A stretch of DNA of 63,040 nucleotides from Candidatus Heimdallarchaeota archaeon. Its GTDB lineage: Archaea; Asgardarchaeota; Heimdallarchaeia; JABLTI01. Position numbers and translations under genes: made by a program. This document shows positions 1-10,757 of the stretch, in pieces. The notes beneath the pieces are model-generated. The model saw nothing but the letters and a program-made list of their open reading frames with translations. It was not told the DNA's origin and searched no databases. Within the stretch, counting starts at the first letter, position 1; the number at the start of each line of letters is the position of its first letter. The stretch is from NCBI GenBank assembly GCA_019058275.1, contig JAHLVW010000057.1, positions 1-63,040 on the forward strand, read 5' to 3'.

Positions 1-851
1 GGCCATTCGATACCATCACGGACGTGAATACTTATGTGAGTATCATTAATCATTTCATAAGAATCTGCTAAGTGTGGCCAGACGCTTAAGTCAGCATCGT
101 ACCAAATCAAAGGATCCATTGTAGCAGAACTAATAGCGCTTGAGGAAGTGTCATCTTGGAACAATGGATTGAGATCAGACCAGGCAGCATTAGTTGTAAC
201 GAGTTCATCAGCGCTTAACTGACCAGTGTGGGTATCAGTCCATGACATTTTACCCCATGATTGGATAACTCCATCAGTATAGTTGTATCCATTTAAGTTT
301 GCCCAGTGAGCAAAATATGCTCTTGGTGAGAATGTTGGCATTAATGGAAGGATTTTGTCCATCATATATTGTTGCCAATCCCAGTAATGTTGGACACGTT
401 TTTCAGAATCTGGAGGCATAATCAAATTGCCTTCTTTCATGTACCACTCATTGATACCTGTTCCCAGTTCATCATCCCAATCCATGCTAGTATTATACCC
501 GAACAAGTTGAGTGAGGCATTTTCATCGTAGACACCAGTAAAGTCTGGGTCTGCACCACCACCAACAAGACTGACGTAACAAATGTCGAAGTCTCTGTAT
601 GTCAGCAAGTCATTCACAAAGGTTGGAAAATCTTGTACAATTACATCAATATTGATTCCAATTCTTGCTACGTGTTGTTTCAAGAAGTTTAGATAGTCAG
701 GTCTAACTCCTCCGCCATTTGTCTTAGCTACCAATGTAAAAACAGGTTCTACTGCATCTGTATTCATTGGTTGAACAGCAATTGAACTTGCAACAAATAG
801 CGCCATTATTGTCCCAACAAGGACAATTGTTTTTGCTTTACTAAATTTCAT
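1..851 (-). CDS. ABC transporter substrate-binding protein, family 5 (oligopeptide/dipeptide type), runs off window edge
   Basis: Not in ORF track. Manual translation from ATG at 851 (GGTGA upstream): MKFSKAKTIVLVG...LKQHVARIGINIDV...DLNPLFQDDTSSSAISSATMDPLIWYDADLSVWPHLADSYE...HVRDGIEW; signal peptide and SBP_bac_5 motifs. Confidence 0.85.
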   Translation of the reverse strand, partial: MKFSKAKTIVLVGTIMALFVASSIAVQPMNTDAVEPVFTLVAKTNGGGVRPDYLNFLKQHVARIGINIDVIVQDFPTFVNDLLTYRDFDICYVSLVGGGADPDFTGVYDENASLNLFGYNTSMDWDDELGTGINEWYMKEGNLIMPPDSEKRVQHYWDWQQYMMDKILPLMPTFSPRAYFAHWANLNGYNYTDGVIQSWGKMSWTDTHTGQLSADELVTTNAAWSDLNPLFQDDTSSSAISSATMDPLIWYDADLSVWPHLADSYEMINDTHISIHVRDGIEW

Positions 852-892
852 TTATTTAATCACCTTTGTTAGGTTTTTTCTCATTCTTAATC

Positions 893-912
893 TGAGCACC
901 AGTTAGTGCTCA
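893..912. promoter_or_regulatory. Palindromic candidate operator TGAGCAC-N6-GTGCTCA upstream of the binding-protein gene
   Basis: Perfect 7-bp inverted repeat in the divergent intergenic region. Confidence 0.4.
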
Positions 913-1213
913 CCCATTGAGTAGACATATATCAACTTAAAAGGTTTATATTGCTCTGATAATTAAGTTTTGAGAAAAAACGAAGAAAAATAATAGAAAT
1001 AGATATAAAAATAGAAAAACCGTTTTTTTAGTCACCTTTTTAATTATAGAAGACAAATTGAATTTATCAAATGATTAGGCATAGAAAATAATCAAACAAT
1101 TGTTAGTCTTTAAAAGAAAAATAAGCTAATTATTGATTGAGGTACAATTTAACGAGTAAATTTGTTCTATAACAGATGGAATCTCCCCTAATAATCACGA
1201 TTGAGAGATTAAA

Positions 1214-3175
1214 ATGAGCAAACCTGAAACAAAAAAATCTAGCTCGAAAGTACTGGACGAACCTTTGATAGATGTTAAAATTAAGACCACTGCTGAAATT
1301 CCCGTTCCAACTAGATTAATCGACCAAGTATTAGGTCAGAAACGTGCAGTTGAATTAATCAATAAAGCTGCAATACAAAGAAGAAATGTCCTCCTAATTG
1401 GTGATCCTGGAACTGGTAAGAGCATGTTAGGTGCTGCAATGGCTGAGCTCTTACCTCGAGAAGATTTAGAAGACATTCTTTGTGTTCCTAATAGAAAGGA
1501 TCCAAATACCCCTAAAATCGTGACTGTTGGTTCTAGTGAAGGTAGACGAATTATAGATCGTTATCAAGAGAAATCTGCTAAGGGACAAAACTTGAGAATG
1601 ATTATCAGTCTGATTATTCCACTAGCCATTATGTTATATGTAATTCTAGTACCTGCTGATCCAGCCCAAAGACCAACATTAGTCCTTGGTGGTATTTTCG
1701 TATCATTTTTCGCATTTCTTATTATGGGTCAAATGCGGAGCCGATCTGAGAATCTTATACCGAAGTTGCTAGTAGATACTAGTCAACAGACTCATGCTCC
1801 TTTTAATGATGCTACAGGAGCTCATGCAGGTTCCCTTTTAGGCGATGTGCGTCACGATCCATTCCAATCTGGCGGGTTAGGTACTCCTGCTCATGAACGG
1901 GTTGAATCTGGTCTAATTCATAAATCTCACAAAGGTGTTCTCTTTTGTGACGAAATAGGTACTCTTGCAATGAGAACTCAGCAGCAATTACTTACTGCAA
2001 TGCAAGAAAAAGAATTCCAAATCACTGGTCAAAGTGAGCTTAGCAGTGGAGCTATGGTTCGAACAGAACCAGTTCCTTGTGATTTTATACTCATTGCAGC
2101 TGGAAACCTTCCAACAATGGATAATATGCATCCTGCTTTACGATCACGAATCCGTGGTTATGGTTACGAAGTCTATATGGATCACTTTATGCCTGATACT
2201 CTTGAAAACCGTAACAAAATTGTTAGGTTTGTAGCACAAGAAGTCTCAAAAGACGGACGAATTCCTCACTTTACTAAAGAGGCAGTTGAGGAAATCATTC
2301 GTGAATTTAGGCGACGTGCAAGTAAGAAGCATAGTTTAACCTTGATGTTTAGAGATATGGGTGGTCTCATTCGAGCAGCTGGTGACGTTGCTAGAGAAGT
2401 AAAGTCAACAGTTACTAAAATGGAGCATGTTCTTGCTGCTAGAAGTCTTGCTGGTCCTTTGGAACAACAACTTGCTGAAAAATTCATCGAGCATCGACGT
2501 TCCTACCAAATTATCCTCAATGAAGGAGCAGTTACTGGCAGAGTAAACGCTTTAGCAGTGATGGGAACTTCAAGTGGAATTGTCATGAATGTTGAAGCAG
2601 AAATAACACCTGCACTCAGTAATCAAGAAGGAAAGATAATTGCTACAGGTAAATTAGGTGAAATAGCCCAAGAATCAGTGTTGAATGTCAGTGCAATAAT
2701 AAAGAAATATACTGGTATTGATCTCAGTCAACACGATGTTCACGTTCAATTCCTTCAATCCTATGAGGGTATCGAAGGTGATAGTGCAAGCGTTTCAGTT
2801 GCCACAGCTGTTGTATCTGCATTAACCAATATTCCGGTTAGACAAGATATTGCTATGACTGGTTCACTATCTATTAGAGGAGAAGTTTTACCAATTGGTG
2901 GTACAACATACAAAGCAGAAGCTGCTATTGAAGCAGGTATAAAAACTATCATTGTTCCTTTAGCTAACTATAGTGATATTGTTCTAAGCAAAGCACAACA
3001 GAAAGAACTTAATATTATTCCAGTGACACGATTTTGGCAAGTTCTTGAAACAGCTTTAGTAAAAGATGATAACGGAACTATTGAAAAATTCAAAGCTGGC
3101 ATAACCAAGTACGAGATAGAACTTGAAGAAAAATTGAAGAAAGAAATTGAAAAAATAAAGAAAGTTGAAAAGTAA
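1214..3175 (+). CDS. lonB: Archaeal ATP-dependent Lon protease, membrane-anchored LonB
   Basis: Walker A GDPGTGKS, two TM helices inserted in the ATPase domain, S16 catalytic motif EGDSAS and downstream Lys (TYKAEAA). Confidence 0.96.
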   Translation: MSKPETKKSSSKVLDEPLIDVKIKTTAEIPVPTRLIDQVLGQKRAVELINKAAIQRRNVLLIGDPGTGKSMLGAAMAELLPREDLEDILCVPNRKDPNTPKIVTVGSSEGRRIIDRYQEKSAKGQNLRMIISLIIPLAIMLYVILVPADPAQRPTLVLGGIFVSFFAFLIMGQMRSRSENLIPKLLVDTSQQTHAPFNDATGAHAGSLLGDVRHDPFQSGGLGTPAHERVESGLIHKSHKGVLFCDEIGTLAMRTQQQLLTAMQEKEFQITGQSELSSGAMVRTEPVPCDFILIAAGNLPTMDNMHPALRSRIRGYGYEVYMDHFMPDTLENRNKIVRFVAQEVSKDGRIPHFTKEAVEEIIREFRRRASKKHSLTLMFRDMGGLIRAAGDVAREVKSTVTKMEHVLAARSLAGPLEQQLAEKFIEHRRSYQIILNEGAVTGRVNALAVMGTSSGIVMNVEAEITPALSNQEGKIIATGKLGEIAQESVLNVSAIIKKYTGIDLSQHDVHVQFLQSYEGIEGDSASVSVATAVVSALTNIPVRQDIAMTGSLSIRGEVLPIGGTTYKAEAAIEAGIKTIIVPLANYSDIVLSKAQQKELNIIPVTRFWQVLETALVKDDNGTIEKFKAGITKYEIELEEKLKKEIEKIKKVEK

Positions 3176-3280
3176 TTACTTTAGCTATCTTTCTAGCATC
3201 AACTATTTCTTTTCTTTTTTAATTTCCAACCGTTTAACTAATTAATATTAAAAACAAATTGTTCTTAGAGGAGTTAGTTA

Positions 3281-4303
3281 ATGACTAAATTTCATGAGGC
3301 AAAATACTACACTGTTGAAAAGAATTCTCTTATTCTTTGCAAGTTATGTCCAAATTTATGCAAAATAAAGCCTGGTGAAAAAGGTAGATGTAATGTTCGA
3401 ATTAACACCGATGGCAAACTCTACACACTAAATTATGGTCTAACTACTTCCGGTTCAAGAGATCCTATAGAAAAGAAACCACTTTATCATTTTCTACCAG
3501 GAACTTGTTCCTACAGTTTTGGAACAATTGGTTGTAACCTCTTTTGCCAATTCTGTCAAAATTGGCATATCTCGAGAGGATCACCAGAAGATTTCCGATC
3601 TGGTATGAAGAAACTGACACCAACTAAAGCTGCTAAAGAAGCAAAAGACTCAGGATGTGCTTCTGTAGGTTATACCTATAATGAACCAATCATCTGGTAT
3701 GAATGGGTTTTAGATACAGCAAAGATTGTAAAAGAAAAAGGATTGAAAAACGTCTTAGTTACTAACGGTTATATTGAAGTTGAACCTTTGGAAGAATTAT
3801 TACCATATATCGATGGTGCAAACGTTGATGTTAAGGGAGACAAAGGCTTCTATAAAGAACTTTGTAAGGTGTCCCATCAAGAAGCAGTATTAAGAACATG
3901 TAAAATGATGAAAGAAAACAACATTCACTTGGAAATAACAAACCTTCTAATACCAACGAAAAATGACTCGAAGGAGCACATTCAAGAGTTAATTGATTTT
4001 ATTGTCAATGAATTAGGAGAAGAAGTTCCTTTGCATTTTTCACGTTACTTTCCAAATTACAAACTTGATATTGACCCTACACCTATTGAAACTCTCTTCA
4101 AGGCAAGAGAATTAGCATTAGCATCTGGTTTAAAATATGTTTATCTTGGAAATATTAGAGATGATAATGGAAGTGATACTCTTTGTAAGAATTGTGGTAC
4201 GTTGCTCATTCGACGTAGAGGATACTATACAAGTACGACCAATTTGACAAATGAGATGTTATGCAAGAAATGCAATACCTTTGCTGACATTGTTTGGAAT
4301 TAA
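3281..4303 (+). CDS. amrS: AmmeMemoRadiSam system radical SAM enzyme
   Basis: N-terminal CKLCPNLC, DPIEKKPLYHF, CNLFCQFCQNWHIS, YTYNEP, PLHFSRYFP. Confidence 0.9.
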   Translation: MTKFHEAKYYTVEKNSLILCKLCPNLCKIKPGEKGRCNVRINTDGKLYTLNYGLTTSGSRDPIEKKPLYHFLPGTCSYSFGTIGCNLFCQFCQNWHISRGSPEDFRSGMKKLTPTKAAKEAKDSGCASVGYTYNEPIIWYEWVLDTAKIVKEKGLKNVLVTNGYIEVEPLEELLPYIDGANVDVKGDKGFYKELCKVSHQEAVLRTCKMMKENNIHLEITNLLIPTKNDSKEHIQELIDFIVNELGEEVPLHFSRYFPNYKLDIDPTPIETLFKARELALASGLKYVYLGNIRDDNGSDTLCKNCGTLLIRRRGYYTSTTNLTNEMLCKKCNTFADIVWN

Positions 4304-4428
4304 TCTCCAAACTTACTTTCAATTTCCTTACTAACTCCTTCTATTCTTCCCTCATTTTCATTTTAAATGGTTTAAATAGGTGAAGCAACCTTAGATATCT
4401 ACCACTATGGTGGTAACTAAAACGCAAG

Positions 4429-5682
4429 GTGTTAAATTTGGTAGAAAAATTCTGTGTTAGTTGTGGTACAGAAATATCGGGAGCAGACAGTTTCTGCTTT
4501 AAATGCGGTGCCAAGATTGTGAATGAGGAAAAAGAGCAACATGTCCCTACAGAAGTAGCTAGTTATAGTTACGAAGAAAGAAATGAAGTAAGTGCAAAAC
4601 CTGACAAAGTAATAAAATCAAAACGAAATTACAAACCCTTGATTATTATCCCAATAATTCTGGGATTGATTTTAATCCCAGTTGCAACTATTAGTACTAT
4701 TTCATCTATCAAAGTTTCGCTTGGAACATTAAAATATGAAATCCCATCAACGGATATTTTGAGTGTGGATCTTATTATCAATAATGATGTTGGATCTATC
4801 ACAATAGATTATGATGCTAGTCTTGATGGTTTATTTGAAGCTGAGATAGAAGTTCGAGGTGGATTGCGTGCATCTCTTGATGATGCAGTGAACTTTAATC
4901 ACGAAGTAGTTGGTGGTAAAGTAGTAATTAGTTTTGATACTGGTTATGATATTTACAGATTCTTAAGTATGAAACAAATTAGTCATCAAATACATGTTAC
5001 TTTGAACCCTGGTGCAATTGTTAATTTCAATGTTGAAACAAGCACCGGAAGTATTAAGGTATATCTCAATGGTATTGATAATATTACCATAGAGGATATT
5101 TCTCTTATCTCTTCAACTGGATCAGTAAAATTGATTGGTGATTATGTTAGTAATACAACCTTTGGTGATGTTTTGATGGATACTAGTACTGGTTCTATTA
5201 CATTCGATATGTATGCATCAGTTGATGCTAGTATCAGAGGTTTAACTTTAGGTTGTTCAACAGGCAGGATTGATGCTTATCTTGGAGAAGCAATGATAAT
5301 AAATGCTTCAACAGTAGATATATCCACTTCCACTGGATCAATTGAATTACAATATAAGAACATCATTCAATATAATGATCTAATTTGGAATTTAGATACA
5401 TCTACAGGATCTATTGCTATCTATTATGAACAAACTACTCTTCCCCCTGTAAATTGTTCATCTATCTATAATGTTGAAACATCCACTGGCAGCATAACAG
5501 TTGACTGTCTAGTAAATACTGAACTAGGCATTGAAATGGATGCAGATACAAGTACAGGCAGTATTAACCTTCCAGGTGACAGAAATTATTACAGTTCTCC
5601 TGACTTCTTACTAAAAGCTTGTCAGCATTCATTTATTCTAACAACTTCAACTGGAAGTATTACAGCTAGTGTCTCCAATTGA
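4429..5682 (+). CDS. Zinc-ribbon + TM + DUF4097/adhesin-like beta-strand repeat protein
   Basis: CVSCG...CFKCG ribbon, one TM helix, about 9 repeats of (T/S)STGSI. Confidence 0.75.
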   Translation: MLNLVEKFCVSCGTEISGADSFCFKCGAKIVNEEKEQHVPTEVASYSYEERNEVSAKPDKVIKSKRNYKPLIIIPIILGLILIPVATISTISSIKVSLGTLKYEIPSTDILSVDLIINNDVGSITIDYDASLDGLFEAEIEVRGGLRASLDDAVNFNHEVVGGKVVISFDTGYDIYRFLSMKQISHQIHVTLNPGAIVNFNVETSTGSIKVYLNGIDNITIEDISLISSTGSVKLIGDYVSNTTFGDVLMDTSTGSITFDMYASVDASIRGLTLGCSTGRIDAYLGEAMIINASTVDISTSTGSIELQYKNIIQYNDLIWNLDTSTGSIAIYYEQTTLPPVNCSSIYNVETSTGSITVDCLVNTELGIEMDADTSTGSINLPGDRNYYSSPDFLLKACQHSFILTTSTGSITASVSN

Positions 5683-5687
5683 ATGAT

Positions 5688-5711
5688 TTGAAGGAGGTTT
5701 CCCTCCCTCAA
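5688..5711. terminator. Hairpin between convergent genes
   Basis: TTGAAGGAGG-TTTC-CCTCCCTCAA imperfect inverted repeat. Confidence 0.45.
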
Positions 5712-5728
5712 TAATTCATTAAAAGAAC

Positions 5729-6934
5729 TTATTTTTCCAATATTTCAAAGATTGAAGCCATAGCAGAATAAGCTTCATTCTTTCGTTCTGGTATTGGTGC
5801 CCAACCTCGAGGGTCGCTATTCTCCATAATTCTAAGGTATGGTTCCAATTTAGTCATTAGATCTTTCTTCCAGCCAAGTCTACTAAGGATATCATAGATT
5901 TCATTTGCTCTACGGATAAATTCAGTATTATCTTCACTATCAGTCCAAATACGGAACGATTTGTCTGGTGACCAGCAACCTGCACTTAAGTAGGAAGCTT
6001 CTTTGGGCCATTCTTCTTCTGGAATGTCACTAGGAGATTTGGTATTTATTCCTTGTTTCTTTAAAATGCGTAAGAAGTTGATTAGATCAACTGGTTTAGC
6101 AGCTTCTGGACCCATTGATCTATAACCAAAGAATTCAATGTCACTACCATAGATATTGAGATGCTTGGAATTAGAATTGTTAATTGCTTTGAGGTGTTTC
6201 TTCATATTATAAAATGCAATATCCCCACCAACTGCAAATTGAGTAGAATATGTCCAACTGACCGAGCAAAGGAATGCCTTAATCGTTTCCTTATCGTTAA
6301 TTATTACTCGTTGAACGGGTTGATCTTGTGTTTTTTGTACTTCTTTAATAGTCCTTAGTGCTTTAAGGTAAGCTCTAAGTTTTTTGAGCCCTTTAGTCCA
6401 ATAAGCATCAACTAAAATTTCTGTAGCAGACAGGTCTCTTCTTTCAAACGGATTCATATCATTTCCGAAGTATTGTGAAAGAAGAAAGTGTTCATAGTCA
6501 ATTGCAGTCCATTTGATTCCTTGTTTTTTAATTTGAGATAAAACAGAAGGGCTAACAGCGAGTTCAGGAGGCCAGATACCAATGGGTGTTTTCTTGAATA
6601 ATTTCTTGAGTAGTGCTATGTGATCCTTTAACTGAGTTTCAACTCTTGGTCGTGGAAGCAAAGGTAGAATAGGATGACTATAACCAGAGGTTATCATTTC
6701 AACAATATCATCCTTGACAAGTACCTTTATCCTATCCAAAAGCTCTGGGTTATTTTTTTGAAGATACTCAAATGTATGACCAGTTATGTTGAAACAAATC
6801 TTGCCATCTTTCCAATCTTCTATAGCAGAAACCATTGGTTCAAATGATGTTTGTACGACAGTTGGAAATTCAGAACGTGGGAATTCTGCATAGTCTGTGT
6901 TCCAATGAAGAATAACACTCACGTTTTCTACCAT
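5729..6934 (-). CDS. Glycoside hydrolase family 57 protein
   Basis: HWN near N-terminus, NITG, SGYSHPILPLL, GIWPPELA nucleophile motif, SDIEFFG; start moved to ATG 6934 just after the MFS stop. Confidence 0.85.
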   Translation of the reverse strand: MVENVSVILHWNTDYAEFPRSEFPTVVQTSFEPMVSAIEDWKDGKICFNITGHTFEYLQKNNPELLDRIKVLVKDDIVEMITSGYSHPILPLLPRPRVETQLKDHIALLKKLFKKTPIGIWPPELAVSPSVLSQIKKQGIKWTAIDYEHFLLSQYFGNDMNPFERRDLSATEILVDAYWTKGLKKLRAYLKALRTIKEVQKTQDQPVQRVIINDKETIKAFLCSVSWTYSTQFAVGGDIAFYNMKKHLKAINNSNSKHLNIYGSDIEFFGYRSMGPEAAKPVDLINFLRILKKQGINTKSPSDIPEEEWPKEASYLSAGCWSPDKSFRIWTDSEDNTEFIRRANEIYDILSRLGWKKDLMTKLEPYLRIMENSDPRGWAPIPERKNEAYSAMASIFEILEK

Positions 6935-6935
6935 T

Positions 6936-8390
6936 TTAATGAATCTCCTTTCTAGTTCTCTTTTGTATTGCTGCAACTCTATCTTTAGGATAGGTGAAAT
7001 ATACAAAACTGTAAACCAGTAAACAAATAGTCCAAGGAACAATTGTGCAGATCAAAAGAGCATTTGACATTGCAATAATGTTACTCAATGATCCTTTATG
7101 CCATATTTCATTACTATAACCAAAAACTCTGTTGGCAAAAAGAGCTACAAGATATGTTCCTGAAGCAGCAATACTGCCCTCAAATAATCTGTCAACTGCA
7201 AAAGCGCTACTCCTAATATCCGCTATAAATAGCTCGCTGAATATAGGGTTATTTGTTGCTGGTCCAGACCAGCTAATTAGAAATCCAGTGAAGATTCCAA
7301 TAGCAATGAATAATATGAGTAAGTTATTGTTAGTTAACTGTCCTAAAGCGAAATGAGGTATAATATAGAAAATGATAAACATCATTGGTATACCAGAAAA
7401 TACTGAGATTTGTGCAACCATAATCCTACCTTTATCTGGATTCCATTTTGCAGCTCTATCTCCAATTATCCCACCAAATAAATTGCCAAAAGCCGCACCA
7501 ATAGCTACCATTGAGAATGAAATTCCAGCTAAAAATGGTTCAAAACCGATTTCTTCCAGCCAGAAAACAATGAATAAAATGGAATTCCAGGGGATGGTTC
7601 CTGCAACACCTTGTAAGACAACTAATAGAAAAGTTTTGTTTGAGAGAATTGTTTTGTAGTCACCCCAATTAAACTTACGTCTTGGTTTCTCTTCCATCTC
7701 AACAAGCTTCTCTTCATTTCCTTCAGAAGGAACACTATCTTCAAGATCATCTGATTGACCTCTTATTGGATCTTTACTAAAAATAAAAACACAGACACCA
7801 AGAAGAATACTAAAAGCACCAATTGTTATGAAAACAAATTGCCATCCTTCTAGAGGACCTACTGTTGTTTCACTAAAAAGCGTAGCATATAATGTGCCAA
7901 CTATTGCTCCTAATACTGTTGTTAGTCCCAAATAACCAAACGCTTGTCCACGTTTTGATTTAGGAAAATAATCAGCAATTAATGATTGAGCTGTAGGAAA
8001 TATTACTGCTAATCCCAAACCAGTTACTGCTCTAACAAAGAACATTCCCCAGAAGGTGTTCATGAATCCCAAAATAATGGTAAAAACACCCCAGATTAAA
8101 CAACCAATAGCCAATATCAATTTACGAGAGAATCTATCTGAAAACCAACCCCAAATGGGGCTGCTCACAGCTTGCAATAAAGCTCTTGCAGTTGTTATTG
8201 CACCTAACTGTTCAGTATTAAATCCAAGATTAAGTTGTAGTGGCTCATAAAGTGCTGTCACAACATTACCATCAGCATTATCAATGGTATTTGCAGTATT
8301 GATCAACACTTGGGTAGAAATCCGGTCTTTCTTAAAACTACTCCCTTCCTCATCAACTTTTTCAGCAAATGATTCATTATCATCAGACAT
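6936..8390 (-). CDS. MFS transporter (spinster-like)
   Basis: 12 TM pattern, WGWFSDRFSRK motif A, SLIADYFPKSKRGQAFG. Confidence 0.9.
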   Translation of the reverse strand: MSDDNESFAEKVDEEGSSFKKDRISTQVLINTANTIDNADGNVVTALYEPLQLNLGFNTEQLGAITTARALLQAVSSPIWGWFSDRFSRKLILAIGCLIWGVFTIILGFMNTFWGMFFVRAVTGLGLAVIFPTAQSLIADYFPKSKRGQAFGYLGLTTVLGAIVGTLYATLFSETTVGPLEGWQFVFITIGAFSILLGVCVFIFSKDPIRGQSDDLEDSVPSEGNEEKLVEMEEKPRRKFNWGDYKTILSNKTFLLVVLQGVAGTIPWNSILFIVFWLEEIGFEPFLAGISFSMVAIGAAFGNLFGGIIGDRAAKWNPDKGRIMVAQISVFSGIPMMFIIFYIIPHFALGQLTNNNLLILFIAIGIFTGFLISWSGPATNNPIFSELFIADIRSSAFAVDRLFEGSIAASGTYLVALFANRVFGYSNEIWHKGSLSNIIAMSNALLICTIVPWTICLLVYSFVYFTYPKDRVAAIQKRTRKEIH

Positions 8391-8565
8391 AATTAACCAC
8401 CAGACGAGGAAGCATCTTTCTTCCAGTCAATTTAGGAATAAATTCTAGATTAAATACATGTTCCACTTTATAAGCAGTATGCCTATTTTAAAACAATTTA
8501 ATTTCAGATATTTTAGAAATGAATATATTTGTAAAGTAAAACAACTTATAGGTAGTTGTTGCAAC

Positions 8566-9444
8566 ATGAACAATAGAACAAAATTTACAGCAATGCTCTT
8601 CGCTTTAAGCATCTTGAGTTTTACTTTTTGTTCACTAGAAAATGTTCTTGCTCAAACTTCCACTAATTCTGATACTTTGGAATCAGCTTCTGAACATCTA
8701 CTAACGCTTTTTGATAACTCCCACTATAACCGACCTATCTATGCAAATTATACTATTCTTAATTTAACCTTACTCTTTCAGAGTCCAGAAATAAATAGCT
8801 CATCTCATGTTTACGTTCATTACTCACATAATATGGTAAATTGGACTTCCTTGGAATTGCCTAAGACTGATCACTTAACAAGATACAGTGCATTCTATGT
8901 AATTACCTTAGGACCTTTCTTGTATGATTGTGAATATTTCATTAAATTTAATGCTACTCAAGGCAGTACAGAATTAGCAAGTGGATATTTGCGAATTCTT
9001 GTTGAAAAAGTGGAAGGGATAATCTTTGTAGATTTCTCCTACAGAGTAAAAACCCAATCTGATAATAGTCAACTTGCTGATATTTCTATCATTGTCTTAG
9101 GTGCTGATATAAAATTAGGATCAGTATACGTTGCATCAGACCAGCAACTAGAAGGAGAAGGACCAGTAAAGATGAACTTGGATCCAGATACTAATCACAC
9201 TTACAAAGCAACGATAGGACCAATTAATAGCTGGAATGATTTTATCAAATTATCATTCAATGCAAGCACTTCAGATGACACTCTTTTCACAAACACTAAC
9301 TACTTCATTTACAAAGAAAAAACCAATCAACCTGAAGGATTCTGGACTAGTAAATTCCCAGCAATTCTTATAGGAGTTATAGTGATGGGTGCAATGACAA
9401 CTATTTTTGTTATGGCTAAAAGACGACCACCAAGAAGAGTCTAA
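8566..9444 (+). CDS. Secreted, C-terminally membrane-anchored hypothetical protein
   Basis: Signal peptide from Met at 8566, many N-x-S/T sites, C-terminal TM followed by basic tail. Confidence 0.7.
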   Translation: MNNRTKFTAMLFALSILSFTFCSLENVLAQTSTNSDTLESASEHLLTLFDNSHYNRPIYANYTILNLTLLFQSPEINSSSHVYVHYSHNMVNWTSLELPKTDHLTRYSAFYVITLGPFLYDCEYFIKFNATQGSTELASGYLRILVEKVEGIIFVDFSYRVKTQSDNSQLADISIIVLGADIKLGSVYVASDQQLEGEGPVKMNLDPDTNHTYKATIGPINSWNDFIKLSFNASTSDDTLFTNTNYFIYKEKTNQPEGFWTSKFPAILIGVIVMGAMTTIFVMAKRRPPRRV

Positions 9445-9467
9445 AAAGAAAGAAAAAAGAAGAAGCA

Positions 9468-10481
9468 TTAGAGCTTTTCTTCTCTAAGATCAATTAATGC
9501 TTCAGCTTCAGGACCAGTACCAACAAATGTCACTGGAACACCAGTTTCTTTTTCAATTTCGGAAATAAATTCAAGAGATTCTTTTGAGAGTTTATCAGCT
9601 GATTTGGCTCCTGCAACTTCAGGAAAGATTATATCAAGTTTTGTCAGTGCGATTTGTGTTGCACCATTTAATCTTACTGCTTTTCTAGCAACATCAAAAT
9701 CGATTGGAGCTGATCTTCTAGCTCTACCAGTAACTGTGCCATGTTCAACCCAACCTCTTTTCTCCATTTCTTCTTCAGAAAGTGTTCCAGGCATAGGTCC
9801 TTCCCCAACTCTCGTCATGAACGCTTTGAAGACTATAATTACTTCATCAACTTTAGTTGGTCCAATACCAACATCAGAGCATATTTGTGGAGCAGAAACA
9901 TCTTTACTAGTAACAAAAGGATAAGTTCCATGAAAGAGAGAAAGCATGGTTCCTTGAGTTCCTTCAAGAACAACATTTTTACCTGCTTCAATTGCTTCAT
10001 TTATTTCTGTTGAAACATCAGTCAAGTAGGGTTCTAGCTGTGGAAATTCCTTAGCAAGTCTTAGAGTTCGTTTAGCACGATCTTGATTTGCTGGACCACA
10101 ACCTGTACCAGTGCTACCGATTTTTTTACTGAAATGTTTGTCTTTTTGGTCAATTTCTTTATGTTGACTTTCAATTACACCTGCTTGGTAATCAATTGCA
10201 ATTCGGTCTTTACAACCAGTTTCTTCTATCTCCTTGAGAAAAATGTCAGGATCAACTAATACTCCTGCACCAATTAACAAACGAGATTTCTTACTAGTGA
10301 ATCCGCTAGGAATCATTCTTAAACCATATTTCTTGCCTTCAAAGACAACGGTGTGACCAGCATTTGTTCCAACACCACTACGTGCAATAATTGCAGGATT
10401 CTCTGAATAAGCAATATAGCTTATGATTTTTCCTTTGCCTTCATCGCCCCAAAAACCACCAACAATAATTGTAACAGTCAT
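9468..10481 (-). CDS. purA: Adenylosuccinate synthetase (short archaeal form)
   Basis: GGFWGDEGKGK, NAGHT, EGTQG, GTYPFVTS, GTVTGRARR, TKLD. Confidence 0.97.
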   Translation of the reverse strand: MTVTIIVGGFWGDEGKGKIISYIAYSENPAIIARSGVGTNAGHTVVFEGKKYGLRMIPSGFTSKKSRLLIGAGVLVDPDIFLKEIEETGCKDRIAIDYQAGVIESQHKEIDQKDKHFSKKIGSTGTGCGPANQDRAKRTLRLAKEFPQLEPYLTDVSTEINEAIEAGKNVVLEGTQGTMLSLFHGTYPFVTSKDVSAPQICSDVGIGPTKVDEVIIVFKAFMTRVGEGPMPGTLSEEEMEKRGWVEHGTVTGRARRSAPIDFDVARKAVRLNGATQIALTKLDIIFPEVAGAKSADKLSKESLEFISEIEKETGVPVTFVGTGPEAEALIDLREEKL

Positions 10482-10757
10482 GTGATAGTATCCATCCAGA
10501 TTTATTATCGAATGTGAGACATTCTATTTACAAATAATAAAGTCCTATTGTTAACATGATAATGCTAACATGCTTAAGAGCGATTAACAAAATGATGTTG
10601 ATTGCTTTTTTATAAAGTAGAAAGCTCGATTTTGCGAAAGATTAATAATCAAATTAATTAGGGTAAAAAATACTAAAGAAGTTAGTGAGTCTGATACCAG
10701 TCTTACTGAATGCAATTTCTATGACTTTCACTCACTAATGAAAGAAAATCAAAAAGG

